Shown here piece by piece: positions 22,921 through 24,000 of a stretch of 24,000 bases of DNA. Numbering within the stretch: position 1 is the stretch's first letter; the number at the start of each line of letters is the position of its first letter. This stretch comes from Methanococcoides methylutens. GTDB taxonomy: Archaea; Halobacteriota; Methanosarcinia; Methanosarcinales; Methanosarcinaceae. The stretch lies in assembly GCF_000765475.1 (NCBI RefSeq), contig NZ_JRHO01000014.1, forward strand, positions 365,687-389,686, read 5' to 3'. Made by a program: the position numbers and the translations under genes. Below the pieces are notes generated by a model that was given only the letters and a program-made list of their open reading frames with translations, had not been told where the DNA came from and made no database searches.

Positions 22921-23594
22921 GAGGTCAAAGATTGATAGAGCTGCTCCATTGATTCATGACAGAAAAACTCGCCACATGAAGTCAAGGTTGTCTGCCAATA
23001 TGAACATGAACTGTGAACTCCACCCACATATTCATTGATACCTCGACCAAAGAAGTGGATGGCAATTTTAACGATGAGCAAAAAAAATGCACAAATGTTA
23101 AACGGTTTCTAAACTATTGTATAATGTAACTGATCATATATCGAATACATCCAAGATCAACCCCCGAAAATTGAAATGGACAAAGATAAATTCATCCTGC
23201 AAACTGCGGGGAAGGACATACAAAAATTGACAAGTGATATCCATGAAGAGAAAATGAGGCGAATGCCACACAAGTGAAAGATGGATTCGCGAATATTAAT
23301 ATTGCCCATCAATATATGATTCAGAAATATCAGCTAATTTTTGTGAAAGATAACCGAATGTCCAGTATGCAAGACCAAGGCCAGAAGTGAACTCGAAAAA
23401 AGATATCCAGAGTAATGTAACTGTTAACCCCTGAAAATATACCCTTTGATTTATTTTAGTAAACTTTAAATAAAAATGCTGATCAGAAAATCGTAACCTG
23501 AAGATTGACGATCAGACAATTAACTTATATCCCTTTGATTTTAGGTATTTGTTGCCCGAATCCACAATTACAATTATTTTGTAAACGTAAACTT

Positions 23595-24000
23595 TTACCG
23601 AGGCACATATATACAGTACGGCTCTTCGGCCATGTAGTCACCAGTAGCAGCATAAGCACGAGCACGACAGCCGCCACAAACACCTTTATAGCCACATTTT
23701 CCACACTTTCCACCCAGACTATCAAAGTCCCTGAGATCGGTGAACAGTTTGGAATCTTCCCAGATCTCCCTGAAGCTCTGCTCCTTTATGTTCCCGGCAA
23801 CCACAGGCAAGTAACCGCATGGTTGAACGTCACCGGTGCTTGAAACAAAACAGAAGCTTGTGCCTCCAAGACATCCACGAGTCATGGCCTCATACCCATG
23901 CGTCTTAACACTGACCTCTATGCCTTCCCTTTTAGCACGCTGACGCATTATCCTGAAATAATGAGGGGCACAGGTTGCCTTAAGCTGGATACTGACATGT
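23595..24000 (-). CDS. Radical-SAM/SPASM protein of the NirJ-like AhbC/AhbD type (3' part; the gene runs off the right edge)
   Basis: The track ORF 23595-23948 starts at an internal Met. The frame stays open to 24000 (...[26 protein letters not shown]...). The C-terminal SPASM-type Cys cluster is [15 protein letters not shown]...[21 protein letters not shown]. It is on the same strand as the ahbA/B-type genes at 2705-3629. Confidence 0.78.
   Translation of the reverse strand, partial: HVSIQLKATCAPHYFRIMRQRAKREGIEVSVKTHGYEAMTRGCLGGTSFCFVSSTGDVQPCGYLPVVAGNIKEQSFREIWEDSKLFTDLRDFDSLGGKCGKCGYKGVCGGCRARAYAATGDYMAEEPYCIYVPR

Noticed and set aside
22785-23081. 98-aa minus-strand ORF spanning the mcp start and promoter region
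   Set aside because: It overlaps the mcp 5' end out of frame and runs through the probable TATA box and leader. It contains an NNDNNNN run derived from the (ATT)n tract. It has no RBS and no recognisable domain.
23176-23277. 33-codon plus-strand ORF (MDKDKFILQTAGKDIQKLTSDIHEEKMRRMPHK) in the right-hand spacer
   Set aside because: It has no Shine-Dalgarno or TATA-like element at an appropriate distance. It is short and hydrophilic with no motif. It cannot be distinguished from chance.
3645-23594. Looked for hallmarks of a mobile island at the two junctions: integrase or transposase genes, a tRNA target, or terminal direct or inverted repeats
   Set aside because: I could not see any of these by eye. 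The insertion idea therefore rests only on synteny logic and rough GC counts, and it is reported as a hypothesis rather than as a mobile element feature.

Overview
The window looks like chromosomal DNA from a Methanosarcinales-type methanogen. This is inferred from the archaellin N-termini (FTGLEAAIVLIAFVVVAAVFSY), the Ahb alternative-heme genes and the AT-rich intergenic regions. There are three blocks. (1) 1-3644, minus strand: a tetrapyrrole/alternative heme operon, hemB (partial), hemA, a precorrin-2 dehydrogenase (SirC-like) and two AhbA/AhbB-type siroheme decarboxylase paralogs. (2) 3899-11924, plus strand: a complete euryarchaeal archaellum operon, arlB1, arlB2, a single ArlC/D/E-type gene, arlF, arlG, arlH, arlI and arlJ. 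It ends with an uncharacterised acidic single-pass membrane protein that is translationally coupled to arlJ. (3) 12648-22827, minus strand, convergent with block 2: a tightly overlapping nine-gene chemotaxis operon, mcp-cheW-cheF-cheY-cheB-cheA-cheC-cheD-cheR. A radical-SAM/SPASM NirJ-like gene (AhbC/AhbD-type, partial) sits at the right edge. The roughly 19 kb motility/taxis block is therefore bracketed by heme-pathway genes on the same strand. The most unusual object is the 1134-aa CheA. It carries three near-identical tandem modules of about 117 aa (P2-like by position) and then a ten-unit in-frame 39-nt tandem repeat, all between the HPt and dimerisation domains. Secondary leads are the acidic ArlJ-coupled protein, a Cys-rich N-terminal extension on CheD, a membrane-less double-PAS receptor as the only MCP, and a 750-bp non-coding junction containing a start-less ORF remnant. 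No tRNA, rRNA, CRISPR array, transposase or integrase was seen. All functional calls rest on motif recognition by eye; no database searches were run.
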